A stretch of DNA of 64,000 nucleotides. Source: Eledone cirrhosa (taxonomy: Eukaryota). Both the position numbers and the translations under genes were made by a program. The stretch's first letter is position 1. Each line of letters opens with the position of its first letter. This document shows, in pieces, positions 26,358 to 37,958 of the stretch. Below the pieces are notes generated by a model. That model did no database searches. It was not told the DNA's origin and was given only the letters and a program-made list of their open reading frames with translations. The DNA is taken from the NCBI GenBank assembly GCA_964016885.1, contig OZ024762.1, positions 310,001 through 374,000 on the forward strand, in the 5' to 3' direction.

Positions 26358-26412
26358 ACTGCCTGAAGAGGTCACAGCCAAAGATGGCTGTCAGTGAAAT
26401 ATATATAGCAGT
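26358..26412 (+). ncRNA. Type I hammerhead ribozyme-like motif (Penelope/retrozyme type)
   Basis: ACTGC-CTGAAGA-GGTC-ACAGCCA-AAGA-TGGCTGT-CAGT-GAAA-TATATATA-GCAGT: helix I ACTGC/GCAGT, core CUGANGA...GAAA, helix II hairpin and a short palindromic helix III. Confidence 0.65.
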
Positions 26413-26957
26413 AATAAATAAAGCTAAATTTTAAACATTTGACTTTTTATTTTACTTTATTTTATATATACCATATATATACCCCTATATATATATATAT
26501 ATAGGGGTATATATATATATATATATATATACCATATATATATATATAGGGGTATATATATATATATATACCCCTATATATATATAGGGGTATATATATA
26601 TATACCCCTATATATATATATAGGAGTATATATATATGGTATATATATATATATAGGGGTATATATATATGGTATATCAGTATGTGGTTGACCTTTGAGG
26701 GAAAGGAGTACTCAACACCAAAGTAGAGTAGTTTAAATATTCAATATTATTCAGTCTAAACTGAGTTTTGTTACTCTGGAGTTTTGCCTGTTTATCTCAC
26801 AGTCATCTTTTATTGTTGTTTTTCAGTTTAAGAGAAGACATTCAGAAAATATATTCACCGCCATCACCATCATCAACATCATCACCATCACCACCACCAT
26901 CACCATCACCATCATCACCAACACCACCACTGCTGCTATCAAATATTTACAAGCAAC

Positions 26958-27705
26958 ATGCTTCTAAATCACATTAAATCAAAAGATTTATTTTCCAAGT
27001 AAGTTCCAGAAATAAATATTCTTTAAATTATATACACACACGTGTTTGTATACAAAAGTGTGTGTATATATATATATATACGTTATTCTGGGTTGAATCG
27101 GAGGTAACCACAGTAAGTAAGGTACTCAATACATTGCAGAGTATAAAAGTTTTAATATAGATGAGATTCTACAGGACTAGAACTGTTTCATTCTTTAGAA
27201 TGAAACACTTCTAGTCCTGTAGAATCTCATCTATATTAAAACTTATATATATATATAAACGGAAAAAATGAAACCAAATTTCATTTCCCACTCTTAGTAC
27301 GGCTGTTACTTAAATATAAGTATGTACACGTACATACATATATGTATACCGACGTACAGTAGTATGTATATATATATACATACATGCACACATATATATA
27401 TGTACGTATGGATTCACCAAACATTTATTATAATGCTCGGTGTATTTGTAAACAAACATCCCGTATTAAGCCGTAGTGTCTAGCAACCATCGTTGCTCGT
27501 TTGTTCAACACTGACAAAGGAACGCTGTACTAGTTTCAAGCTTATTAGCTATCGTCAGCAACGTATACTTTCCTGCCAGATTGTTGAACGTCTGAAAGCA
27601 TATACTTTCCTTATGCATATTAACGGCTGAGTAGCCCAATTTGCATATCGAGTGGGTTAATCGGCCGGGTGCACCAAAAACGATAAACGGATGTATATAT
27701 ATATA

Positions 27706-27738
<33 letters not shown>

Positions 27739-27741
27739 ATA

Positions 27742-27777
<36 letters not shown>

Positions 27778-28773
27778 AATATGTGTGTGCATGTATATAT
27801 ATATATATACCCCTGCTAGCATGGAAAATAGATGTTAAACGATGATGATATATATATATATTATAAAGAGTCAGGACCCCGCTCTTGCGTTTCAACAGTT
27901 GGTTCCAGACTCATTGCGAAGGACATTGAACGTTACCTGGCTGTCTCATCAGGAGGTGTCATTTGTCCAAATAAAGGCATACATTGTTTATCCAATTGTA
28001 AAGAATTTCTTTTTTCCCACAAGATATATATGTGGTGTGTGTGTATATATATATATATATGTGTGTGTATATATATATATATGTGTGTATATATATATGT
28101 ATGTATGTGTGTGTGCTTGTATATATTTGATATGACAGAAAACATCATTTAATCCATCTGATATCAAATTGCCTGAAACTGTCTGGTTCTATGATATAAA
28201 ACCACTTATTTTAAAGTGTTTAAATTTAAATTCAAGCTTTCATGGCAATGAAAGGGTTAAAATGATTCGGTAGTTCCCCGTAAAGGAGTTTTCTAATAAA
28301 TATAAACTATTTGTCAATTGTTTTTCCAGTTATTCAGAAGAAAAGGCACCAGAATCAGGATTTGGGAGTCAGAATTCCCAGATACAGAACTCTGAAAATG
28401 ATAATTATTCACAGGATTTTCTCACTGAACAATATCCAAGTCAGGTAGGATGTTTTCCAATATGCTGACATGTATGTGTGTGTATGTATACATTTATATG
28501 TATGAGTGTATAAATATAAACGTGCAAACACAGACGCGCTTACAAAAATACACTCTCAGACATATATTCACAAACACTCGCAGACATACATTCACACAAA
28601 CACTCACATACACATACACACAGCGTAGCAAATGGAACACCAGCCACTATTTAGCTATACATTTTTCACCATCCCCTTCCTTCTTTTTACATGCAAATAC
28701 ACACACATTGTGTAATGGATGGATGGAAGTCACTCAAATTTATATATAGATATATACATACATATACACACTC

Positions 28774-28810
<37 letters not shown>

Positions 28811-31800
28811 TAACCAGCTTTTGTAGCTTATATATTTTTATATTATTTTATTATTTCAGAATATGAGAATGTTCCAGAAATATATGTGTGAGCCTCCCTT
28901 GTACAAGAGTTGCAGTCAAATAGAAATGTCCAATAAAACAAGTCTGGTATCATCTAACTCACATGATTATAACAGGATACGAGGGAGAAGTCAAGAGGAG
29001 AGGTAAGGTTTTACTTTATATTTTGGAAGGTTTGAAATGTTTTAACCCTTTAGCATTTACATTACTCTATATATACTATTGTATTTTCACAGTAAAGGCT
29101 TTACCTCACATAATATCTCACATAACATTTACATTACTCTATATATACTATTGTATTTTCACAGTAAAGGCTTTACCTCACATAATATCTCACATAACAT
29201 TTACATTACTCTATATATACTATTGTATTTTCACAGTAAAGGCTTTACCTCACATAATACCTCACATAACATTTACATTACTCTATATATACTATTGTAT
29301 TTTCACAGTAAAGGCTTTACCTCACATAATACCTCACATAACATTTACATTACTCTATATATACTATTGTATTTTCACAGTAAAGGCTTTACCTCACATA
29401 ATATCTCACATGACATTTACATTACTCTATATATACTATTGTATTTTCACAGTAAAGGCTTTACCTCACATAACATTTACATTACTCTATATATACTATT
29501 GTATTTTCACAGTAAAGGCTTTACCTCACATAATATCTCACATAACATTTACATTACTCTATATATACTATTGTATTTTCACAGTAAAGGCTTTACCTCA
29601 CATAATATCTCACATAACATTTACATTACTCTATATATACTATTGTATTTTCACAGTAAAGGCTTTACCTCACATAATACCTCACATAACATTTACATTA
29701 CTCTATATATACTATTGTATTTTCACAGTAAAGGCTTTACCTCACATAATACCTCACATAACATTTACATTACTCTATATATACTATTGTATTTTCACAG
29801 TAAAGGCTTTACCTCACATAATATCTCACATGACATTTACATTACTCTATATATACTATTGTATTTTCACAGTAAAGGCTTTACCTCACATAACATTTAC
29901 ATTACTCTATATATACTATTGTATTTTCACAGTAAAGGCTTTACCTCACATAATATCTCACATAACATTTACATTACTCTATATATACTATTGTATTTTC
30001 ACAGTAAAGGCTTTACCTCACATAATATCTCACATGACATTTACATTACTCTATATATACTATTGTATTGTCACAGTAAAGGCTTTACCTCACATAACAT
30101 TTACATCACTGTGCTCTTCGTCCTTACGGGGTTAATAAAATAAAGTACCAGTAATACACTGGAGTTGATTTAATCAACTTTCCCCATCCCCTCGGAAATT
30201 GCTGGCCTTGTGCCAAAAGTAGAAACAATTATTATTATTATTATTATTTGTCATATTTCCAGACCTCTCATCAACACTATTGTAAATGTTATGAAGGACT
30301 CAACTAATGAGGTGAGTCAGCTTCTAGTTTATATATCAACTGTCTACAGTCTACATTGTTACTGTTGTTGTTGTTGTTGCTGTTACTGTTGTGTTGTTAC
30401 TGTTGTTGTTACTATTATTATTATTGACAGTAATTGGTAGAGTGTCAGTTAAAATGCTTTGTGATATTTAGTCACAAATTTCTTGGTTCTGAGTTCAAAT
30501 CCCTCTGAGGTTAACTTTGCCTTTCATCCTTACAGGGTCGATAGAATAAAGTACCAGTAATACACTGGGGTTTATTTAATAGACTTTCCTCTTCCCCCAA
30601 ATTGCTGACGTTGTGCCTAAAGTAGAAACCATTATTATTATTATTATTTCCAATTATTATGATTGCCTGTGAATGCCTGGGAGTATATATTGGAGTTGGT
30701 GAGAGTGTTGTTGTTGTTGTTGTTCTGTTGTCTGTGAGAGAGGAAAACATCAGAACATAACTTCTATTGTTAAACTGTCAGTTTAGTTAAAATAGCAAAC
30801 AAAAGGAACTGACATCTCATCCAGGGGTCAAAACTAACTCCACATCAACCTCCCTGCTCACCTGCTTCTTAATAATTGCTCTACTGCTGCCTCTTTATTT
30901 TTGTTATTATTAGAGATGGTGGTGGTGGTGGTGGTGGTGGTTGTGTTGGTTGTGGCGGTAGTGGTGGTGTTGAAAGTGGTAAGTGATGGTGGTGGTGGTG
31001 GAGGTGGTAAGTGATGGTGGTGGAGGTGGTAAGTGATGGTGGTGGTGGTGGAGCTTGTAAGTGATGGTGGTGGTGGTGGTAAGTGATGGTGGTGGTGGTC
31101 TTGGAGGTGGTAAGTGATGGTGGTTGTGGTGGTGATAGAGATGATGGTGGTGGTGGTGGGGAGTTTGTTGGTGGTTGTGAGGCCATCGTAGTGGCGGTGC
31201 TAGTGTTGTTACATTATTTTACATTATAAAAATATACTTTAGATTGCCTTACAAAGAGAAATGAATGCCTCCGTGTGTTTGTGTTTGAATGTTAAGGGGG
31301 TGGTGCACCTGTGAGTGCACATCTATGTGTGAGCACATACATCTGTCTGTAAATGTAAATGTGATATATATATATATATTATACGTACGCACATATAATT
31401 TCTGGGGCTTGAGAGACAGAGTAAAATACGTGATACTTCTTCAAGTATTTCTGCCTGAATGACAAAGAGTGGTGGCTCACTATAGAGGGGGAGGGGGAAG
31501 GGGGCAGAGTGTGTGTGCTTATGTGTATACACCTTAACCACAGCTGTACTACCACCTTAACCACAGCCGTACCTAACACCTTAACCACAGCTATACTACC
31601 ACCTTAACCACAGCCGTACCTAACACCTTAACCACAGCTATACTACCACCTTAACCACAGCTGTACTACCACCTTAACCACAGCCGTACCTAACACCTTA
31701 ACCACAGCCGTACCTAACACCTTAACCACAGCTATACTACCACCTTAACCACAGCTGTACTACCACCTTAACCACAGCCGTACCTAACACCTTAACCACA

Positions 31801-34800
31801 GCTATACTACCACCTTAACCACAGCTGTACTACCACCTTAACCACAGCCATGCCTACCACCTTAACCACAGCTGTACTACCACCTTAACCACAGCCATAC
31901 TACCACCTATACTATTATTTTTTCTTATTTTTCAGACAAAAGAGATGTTGAAAGAAATATTTGATAAAATTAATGGATTTCTAAGTAAAAGTGAACATTT
32001 AAACCAGACAACACTGAAGACATGTAAATATATAGTTTATTACTTGGTGGTGGTGTTGTTGTTGTTGGTAGTGATGGCAGTGTTGGTGGTGTTGTTAATG
32101 TCATACTAAATTCCAGCACCACCTGTGTATTTCTTCTCTATTTTATAAGCTTATATACCAGTTGTATACATGGGTAGTTATTTGTCTTCTATATTGTACA
32201 TCAATACTTATTACTCATTCCAACATGTTTTATATTTCAATAAACAGTTAACGAAGATCTTAAAGACTTCCATGAAGCAATGTTACAAGCCTTAGAACAA
32301 AACAAAGAGCAGAGCAATGATATCCTTAAAGTGAGTTTATAGTTTTGGGACCTTAACAGATTTTGATTTCTAGTATCTGTTCCAGCTTTCTGTGTTTAGG
32401 ATTCAACTCTACCTTCTCTCACAGGAAAACTGGTCGCACCTCTGCCAGCAGTTGTGACAGACTGATAGTATTAGTAATGGAAAGACCAATGGAAACATTG
32501 TTTCCTTGGTCTAATCTAATGATCAGCTCCTTTCTTCTGCCAGGAGTTGTGACTGACAGATAATATCAGTAATGGAAAGACCAATGGAAACATTGTTTCC
32601 TTGGTCCATTCAGTAAAACTCAAATTATTTATTTCTTTGATTTGATTTGATTTTGTAGAAAAACAATGAAATCCAACAATTAAACCAAGAACTGAGACAT
32701 CTTAAAAAGAAAACTGGGAGTGAAGAAATGTGTCTTAATAAAATCTCAAAAGAGTTTTCAGGTCAACAGAGTTGGATCAACAATAATTTACAGAAATTTG
32801 TGAAGATTTTCAAACAAGAATCAGACAGTAAAAACTGTTTTGCTACTGACATTGAAAATATGAAAGAACAGAAGAAAGATTTGGCTCAGTTAAAAACTTT
32901 CTTAATTAAAAGTTTTAAAGATATGGAAAAAAGGTAAATAATAATAATAATAATGGTTTCTGATTTAGGCACAAGGCCAGTAATTTGGGGGGAAGGGAAA
33001 GTCGGTAAAATCGACCCCAGTACATTACTGGTACTTTATTTTATTGACCCTGTAAGGATGAAAGGTAAAGCTAACCTTGGCGGCATTTGAACTCAGAATG
33101 TCAAGGGGCGTATTTTTTCTTTGAAATATGTTGATAAATGGATAAACAGATGACAGATAGATATGTTTCTTTATTAGCCACAGGGGCACAAAAGAAGGGG
33201 ACAATTACAAAAGGGGGGGAGTTTACATACAATAAAAACGTGTAAAATGTTATCACAATTGTAAATTAAAAGTTAATCGATTTTCCCCAATAGGGGGAGA
33301 CAGTTCATATGTGTAGCACATACCCAAGAAAAAAAAATGTGCAACCCTCATCTCCAGGAGTACGAAGAGTTTGTACCCCTTTCCTCTCTTCCTCCTCAAC
33401 CTACAGGCTGATATAGAGAGGAGGCCCATTTTCACCACCTTTCATAAAACTTGCTCTCTCCATCCTGATTCTTCTTCCAAAGTGGTATTTGAAAAAAAGA
33501 ATCAGACAGACAGATAGATATATAGACAAACAGATAGATAGATTTCAGCCTTTAGTTATTTCATTATTTAGAACCAGTCAAAATCACGATTATTTCTATT
33601 TGAATTTGTATTTTTTAAGTTTGTTTTTATTTTCTTTGATATTTTAATCTCGGGGTTTACTTTATAAGTTTTCTATTTATCTTTATTTCTATAGAATATT
33701 TTCTTCCTCTGATGAAGTGTTGCAGCATTCATCCAGCACCTGGTTAGACTTCAGCAACAACATCTCAAAAAGATTTGAGCAGATACTAAAAAATTGTTCA
33801 AAAAACTTTGAGGAAACTATCGAGACACAGTTTGCTGATAACCAACATTACCAAGAGAAGAACATGGAAAGACTTCTTTGTCAGAATATAAAGAACAGCC
33901 ACCATGATTTGAGAGAGAAAATGAATAACATATGTGAAACACAGGACATGGCTTTCCAAAAGATTTTTAAAGAATTTTATCTCATGAAACAGAAATTAGA
34001 AGGATTGTCCCAAAATTTCCAAAGAGAAAATGAAAAGCTGGTTGCTTTAGAAAACAAACTACTTGTAGCGATGCCACTTCATGATACAGAGGTTATCGAC
34101 TGTGATAATAGGTTTTTTGACAATGAACAAGACAGCAATACAAATGAAGACAATCATTTATATGTGGTACCTTATAATTCTGGACAACTACGAAGATCTC
34201 GGAGGTTGATGTCCAACAACTGCAGTAACCAACAGGTGCCAGACATGAAGAATTCTCGCTTTGAAATGGCTAAAAAAATGCCAAGTTCTTTGGAGACTAA
34301 TTTGAAGAATAACTTTCAAAGCAATCAAGACTCAAACTCTTTGTACCAAAATGATGCTTGGAAGTTTGGCAAACATTCTAAGATCATTAATAGGATAAAT
34401 AGCGAGGAAGATAGCAGTAAATATTTTATCACTCCTAAATATACCTTCAAGAACAAAGTGTAAGTAATATATAAGGAAAAATACATTGTTGTCTCTGATC
34501 AAGCCAAAGCAAGAGTGTATTTGAATACATATAAAAATGAAAAAACTCATTGCTAGAACAGCTGTTAAAACAGCTAAATGGTGTCAAAGACATGAGAGGA
34601 CAGAGACCAGTAGCCAATGGTCAACAGAGAAACAATCCACAAGTTGGATGACAGGCAGATGAAATTTCTGTCCTCTCAAGGCATTTTTTGTCCATCGCTG
34701 TCTTTAACAGCATTTAGCTGTTTTAACAGCTCTTCTAGCAATGACTTTTCTCATTTTTATATGTATTCAATTTAATATATTAAACATTTTATATATAATA

Positions 34801-35570
34801 CTTTTTATTTTATTTTAAAGATCAAAGAAACAAAGGTTTAATTACCTGATTAACGAGGCAGACACAACTTTTGAACCGGTAAATATTTGGGGGGTTTTTT
34901 TTCTTCTATTTTAACCCTTATAATACCAAACTCTCTCTGGTTCAGTAATACTATATTGGTTTTTTAAGTGTTTATATTTATCTAAAAATTCCATCATAAT
35001 TTTATGTAAGAACCTTTGTTAAGTTATGTTCCAGACACCAGCTTGATAATGAAAAAGTTATATTAGTAAAGCTTTCCAAATTCTTGATTATTTTCGAAAT
35101 TTCTTGAAAACCATAGACAGTATTTTTCATTAGAAATATGGTTAAAATTCATTTAATGAATCATAAATACATCCACATTTAAAATCAAAGTCAACTCAAC
35201 ATATATAGGCACAATTTTAATTTGGGTGCTTTTAATACAAAAATATTCTATTGATTCTTCCCTCGGTATATACTAATATTTGTATGATATATATAGATGA
35301 TAAGTATATAAAGATATTATGTATATATTTTCCAGGTGTCTGTTGCCACCAGTATATCTTCTCCAGCCTTATCGTTAATGGAACTCAATATCCCACACTC
35401 TATATCCCATGGTTAGTGTTATCTCTATTTAACAAGTAATATATACACTAAAATTATCGTTATCTTAATTAGTTCATTACATTAATTAAACTTGCTTCTG
35501 CTTATCTTTAGATGAAATGAACTATGGCACCACGAGTATTTTCCACTTCACCCCCAATTATAATATAAAG
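26958..35570 (+). CDS. Multi-exon coiled-coil protein, IHO1/CCDC36 (Mer2-family)-like; 3' end unresolved
   Basis: Phase-compatible GT-AG exons: 26958-26998, 28330-28444, 28860-29002, 30263-30311, 31936-32023, 32248-32330, 32659-32933, 33695-34459, 34821-34878, 35336-35411, 35512-35570 (584 codons). The ATG is preceded by an in-frame TAA at 26829. Segments GFGSQ, MFQKYMCEPPLY and LINTIVNVMKDS, then a heptad coiled coil, recall vertebrate IHO1 (LFGSQ, IFTKYQTKPQLF, LYNFVSNVRES). The gene model is well supported; the identity is from memory only. Confidence 0.7.
29054..30106. repeat. 72/60-bp minisatellite with a 420-bp higher-order period
   Basis: Lines starting 29101, 29521 and 29941 are identical; 420 = 5x72 + 60. 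Confidence 0.92.
31530..31910. repeat. 23-bp minisatellite (accttaaccacagctgtactacc)
   Basis: About 16 tandem copies ending just before an acceptor site. Confidence 0.9.
33165..33500 (-). mobile_element. Possible Tx1/L1-type LINE 3' remnant
   Basis: The minus strand reads FFKYHFGRRIRMER / FYERW in broken frames, then an AATAAA-containing tail next to (GATA)n. Confidence 0.35.
34521..34770. mobile_element. Fold-back MITE-like element with imperfect inverted arms of about 75 bp, in an IHO1-like intron
   Basis: ttgaatacatataaaaatga...ctgttaaaacagctaaatg pairs with catttagctgttttaacag...tcatttttatatgtattcaa. Confidence 0.7.
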
Positions 35571-35655
35571 GTAAGCTTCTTCTACTTATTCCTGAAAGAG
35601 TTGTGGGGGCAGAGTTCTCAAACATTCCTTCCAGGTATAAACGTAAGCTAAATAT

Positions 35656-35856
35656 TTAACCCTTTAGCATTTAAACTGGCAACATCCAGCCAAAATTATT
35701 TCACCTCTTACTGTTCAAACCGGCTGTTCATACTGATGTTAAGGTATTGTTCTAAAAATAATATCAAAACCTCATAGATTCAATATTATGTGAGATAAAG
35801 CCTTTACGATGATAATACAATAGTATATATAGAGTAATGTAAATGCTAAAGGGTAA
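35656..35856. mobile_element. piggyBac-type MITE (TTAA-flanked, TIR CCCTTTAGCATTTA)
   Basis: ttaaccctttagcattta...taaatgctaaagggtaaa. A related copy at 36267-36530 ends in aaagggttaa, and a partial copy lies at 39745-39905. Confidence 0.65.
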
Positions 35857-37689
35857 ACAAAGAAAAGACTGGATGGTCACATTTGGAATATATTTGATGA
35901 AATATCCACTGGATCAACAACAACAAATTAAACAACGAACAAGATATATCAATTTATTTCACAAAATTATACAAGGATTTTAATTAAGTAAACAGGTTCA
36001 GATATTAAAATAAAATATTCAAAATATTTAACACATTTTAGGTTTTATTACAATGTTTGCTGAAATTTATAATTTTGAAGAAAATTTTCACCTTTTTCGA
36101 AATTTTTAGGAAATTTAAATCTTTTTTGACAAAATAAACCCTAATGTGTAAATATGGTAGATATGTTTATATACAGAAGCAGTAGTAATAAGGGGTGTGT
36201 GGTGGCCTAGTTGTTAGGGTGTTGGGACAATGGTTGTACAGCTGAGGGGATGTGTTGTGTCCTTGATTAACTCTGTAGCATTTAAACTGGCCGTATCCGG
36301 TCAGAATTCTTTTACGTATCCGGTCAGAATTCTTTTACTTATCCGGTCAGAATTCTTTTACTTATCCGGTCAGAATTCTTTTACTTAACTGGCCACTCAT
36401 ACTGATGTTAAGGTATTGTTCTCAAAATAAATAATATCAACATCTCATAGATTCGATATTATGTGAGATAAAGCCTTTACCTCAAAAATACAATAGTGTA
36501 TATAGAGTAATATGAATACTAAAGGGTTAAAGCAGTTCATTTGATGTTGCTCCAGTCCACTTCCAGTAACAATGGAAGAGAGTTAACCTTGTGACAGACT
36601 GCTGTCCCATCCAGGGAAAATTCCAGTCAATTTCACAACCATTAAACCTCAATTTAATGCCCATTAAATGAAATACCTTCAATTGTTTAATGGAAATTAA
36701 ACTGGGACAACAGCATTTATTTAATGGCCTTTAAATGGGGCCACACCCAGTCATTTTACGGTCATTATTAAACTGCGATAATACTAGTCATTTAATGACA
36801 ATTAAACTGGGATAATGCCTGCCATTAAACTGGGTTAATCTCAACTGTTTAATGGCCATTAAACATGTCGATGCAGAGAAAAATGGAGATAAAATAATAA
36901 TTAATAATTATTTCTAATAAAATACCAAGTCAGTCTTCTGACCCCCCCCCCCCCCCCAAACCAGAATGTAAAGGGACATAACTCAATAGAAAATTGTCAA
37001 AATTTGGTTTAGCAATAATGTACACCATCTCTGGTCCTCTAAAACACTTCTATATTACAACCACCACCACCACCACTACTACTACTACTATATAGGCACT
37101 AGGTCTGAAATTTTATAGGGTGAAGGGAAATGGAAATTCTATCGACCTCAGTATTTAACTGGTACTTATTTTATCAACACGCCGGAAGGATAAATATTAA
37201 CACTGACCTGGGCGGGATTTGAACTCAGAACAGGAAAGGCCACAACAAATAATAATAATAGTTTCTACTTTAGGCACAAGGCCAGCAATTTAGGGGACGG
37301 GAAAGTCAATTCGACCCCAGTGCGTGAAACCAGGATAAGCACCGGCCTAACAAGACTTCTGGCTCAAGACAGATGTTAGACAAGACATAACCAGCACTGT
37401 TCCCTCATCCCTTTCCCAGAGACTGTGGTGGGATTTGAACTCAGAACCTGAAGGAATAGAACGTAAAATAAGTAAAAAATGGCCTCCAATTTAAACATGG
37501 TCAAATATTTGTGGGCAGGGAAAAGTTGATTATATCAGCCCCAGTATTTAACTGGTACCTTTATTTCATTGAGTCCCCTAGCAGAATAAAATTTAAAATT
37601 GCCTTTGGAGGGATTTGAACTCGTGAAGTGCCACAATTACTTTCAGGGCATTCTGTCGTCCAACTATACAACCAACCCACTATCCTAAT

Positions 37690-37910
37690 AATAAAGGTTC
37701 TGATTTAGGAATAAAGCCAACAACTTTAAGGGGAGGAAAGTCAATTAAATTGACCCCAGTGCATTACTGGTACTTTATTTTATCGACCCCGTAAGGATGA
37801 AAGGCAAAGCTAACCTTGGCAGGATTTGAATTCAGAATGTAAAAGGCCGTAACTCTATGCTGCCAAGCATGTTGTCAGACGCTCTACTAATTCTGCCAAT
37901 CTACCGCCCT
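37690..37910 (-). mobile_element. tRNA-derived SINE, same family, minus strand, just downstream of the GTSE1-like stop
   Basis: The reverse complement begins agggcggtagattggcagaattagtagagcgtctgac and contains the conserved body. Confidence 0.8.
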
Positions 37911-37958
37911 AATAGTAAAACCTATGTTTTATATTCTACATCACATCTCTTAAAACAT

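Noticed and set aside
28963-30143. 390-aa and 354-aa repetitive ORFs
   Set aside because: They lie in an intron between well-defined exons; they are open only because the 72/60-bp units lack stops in two frames.
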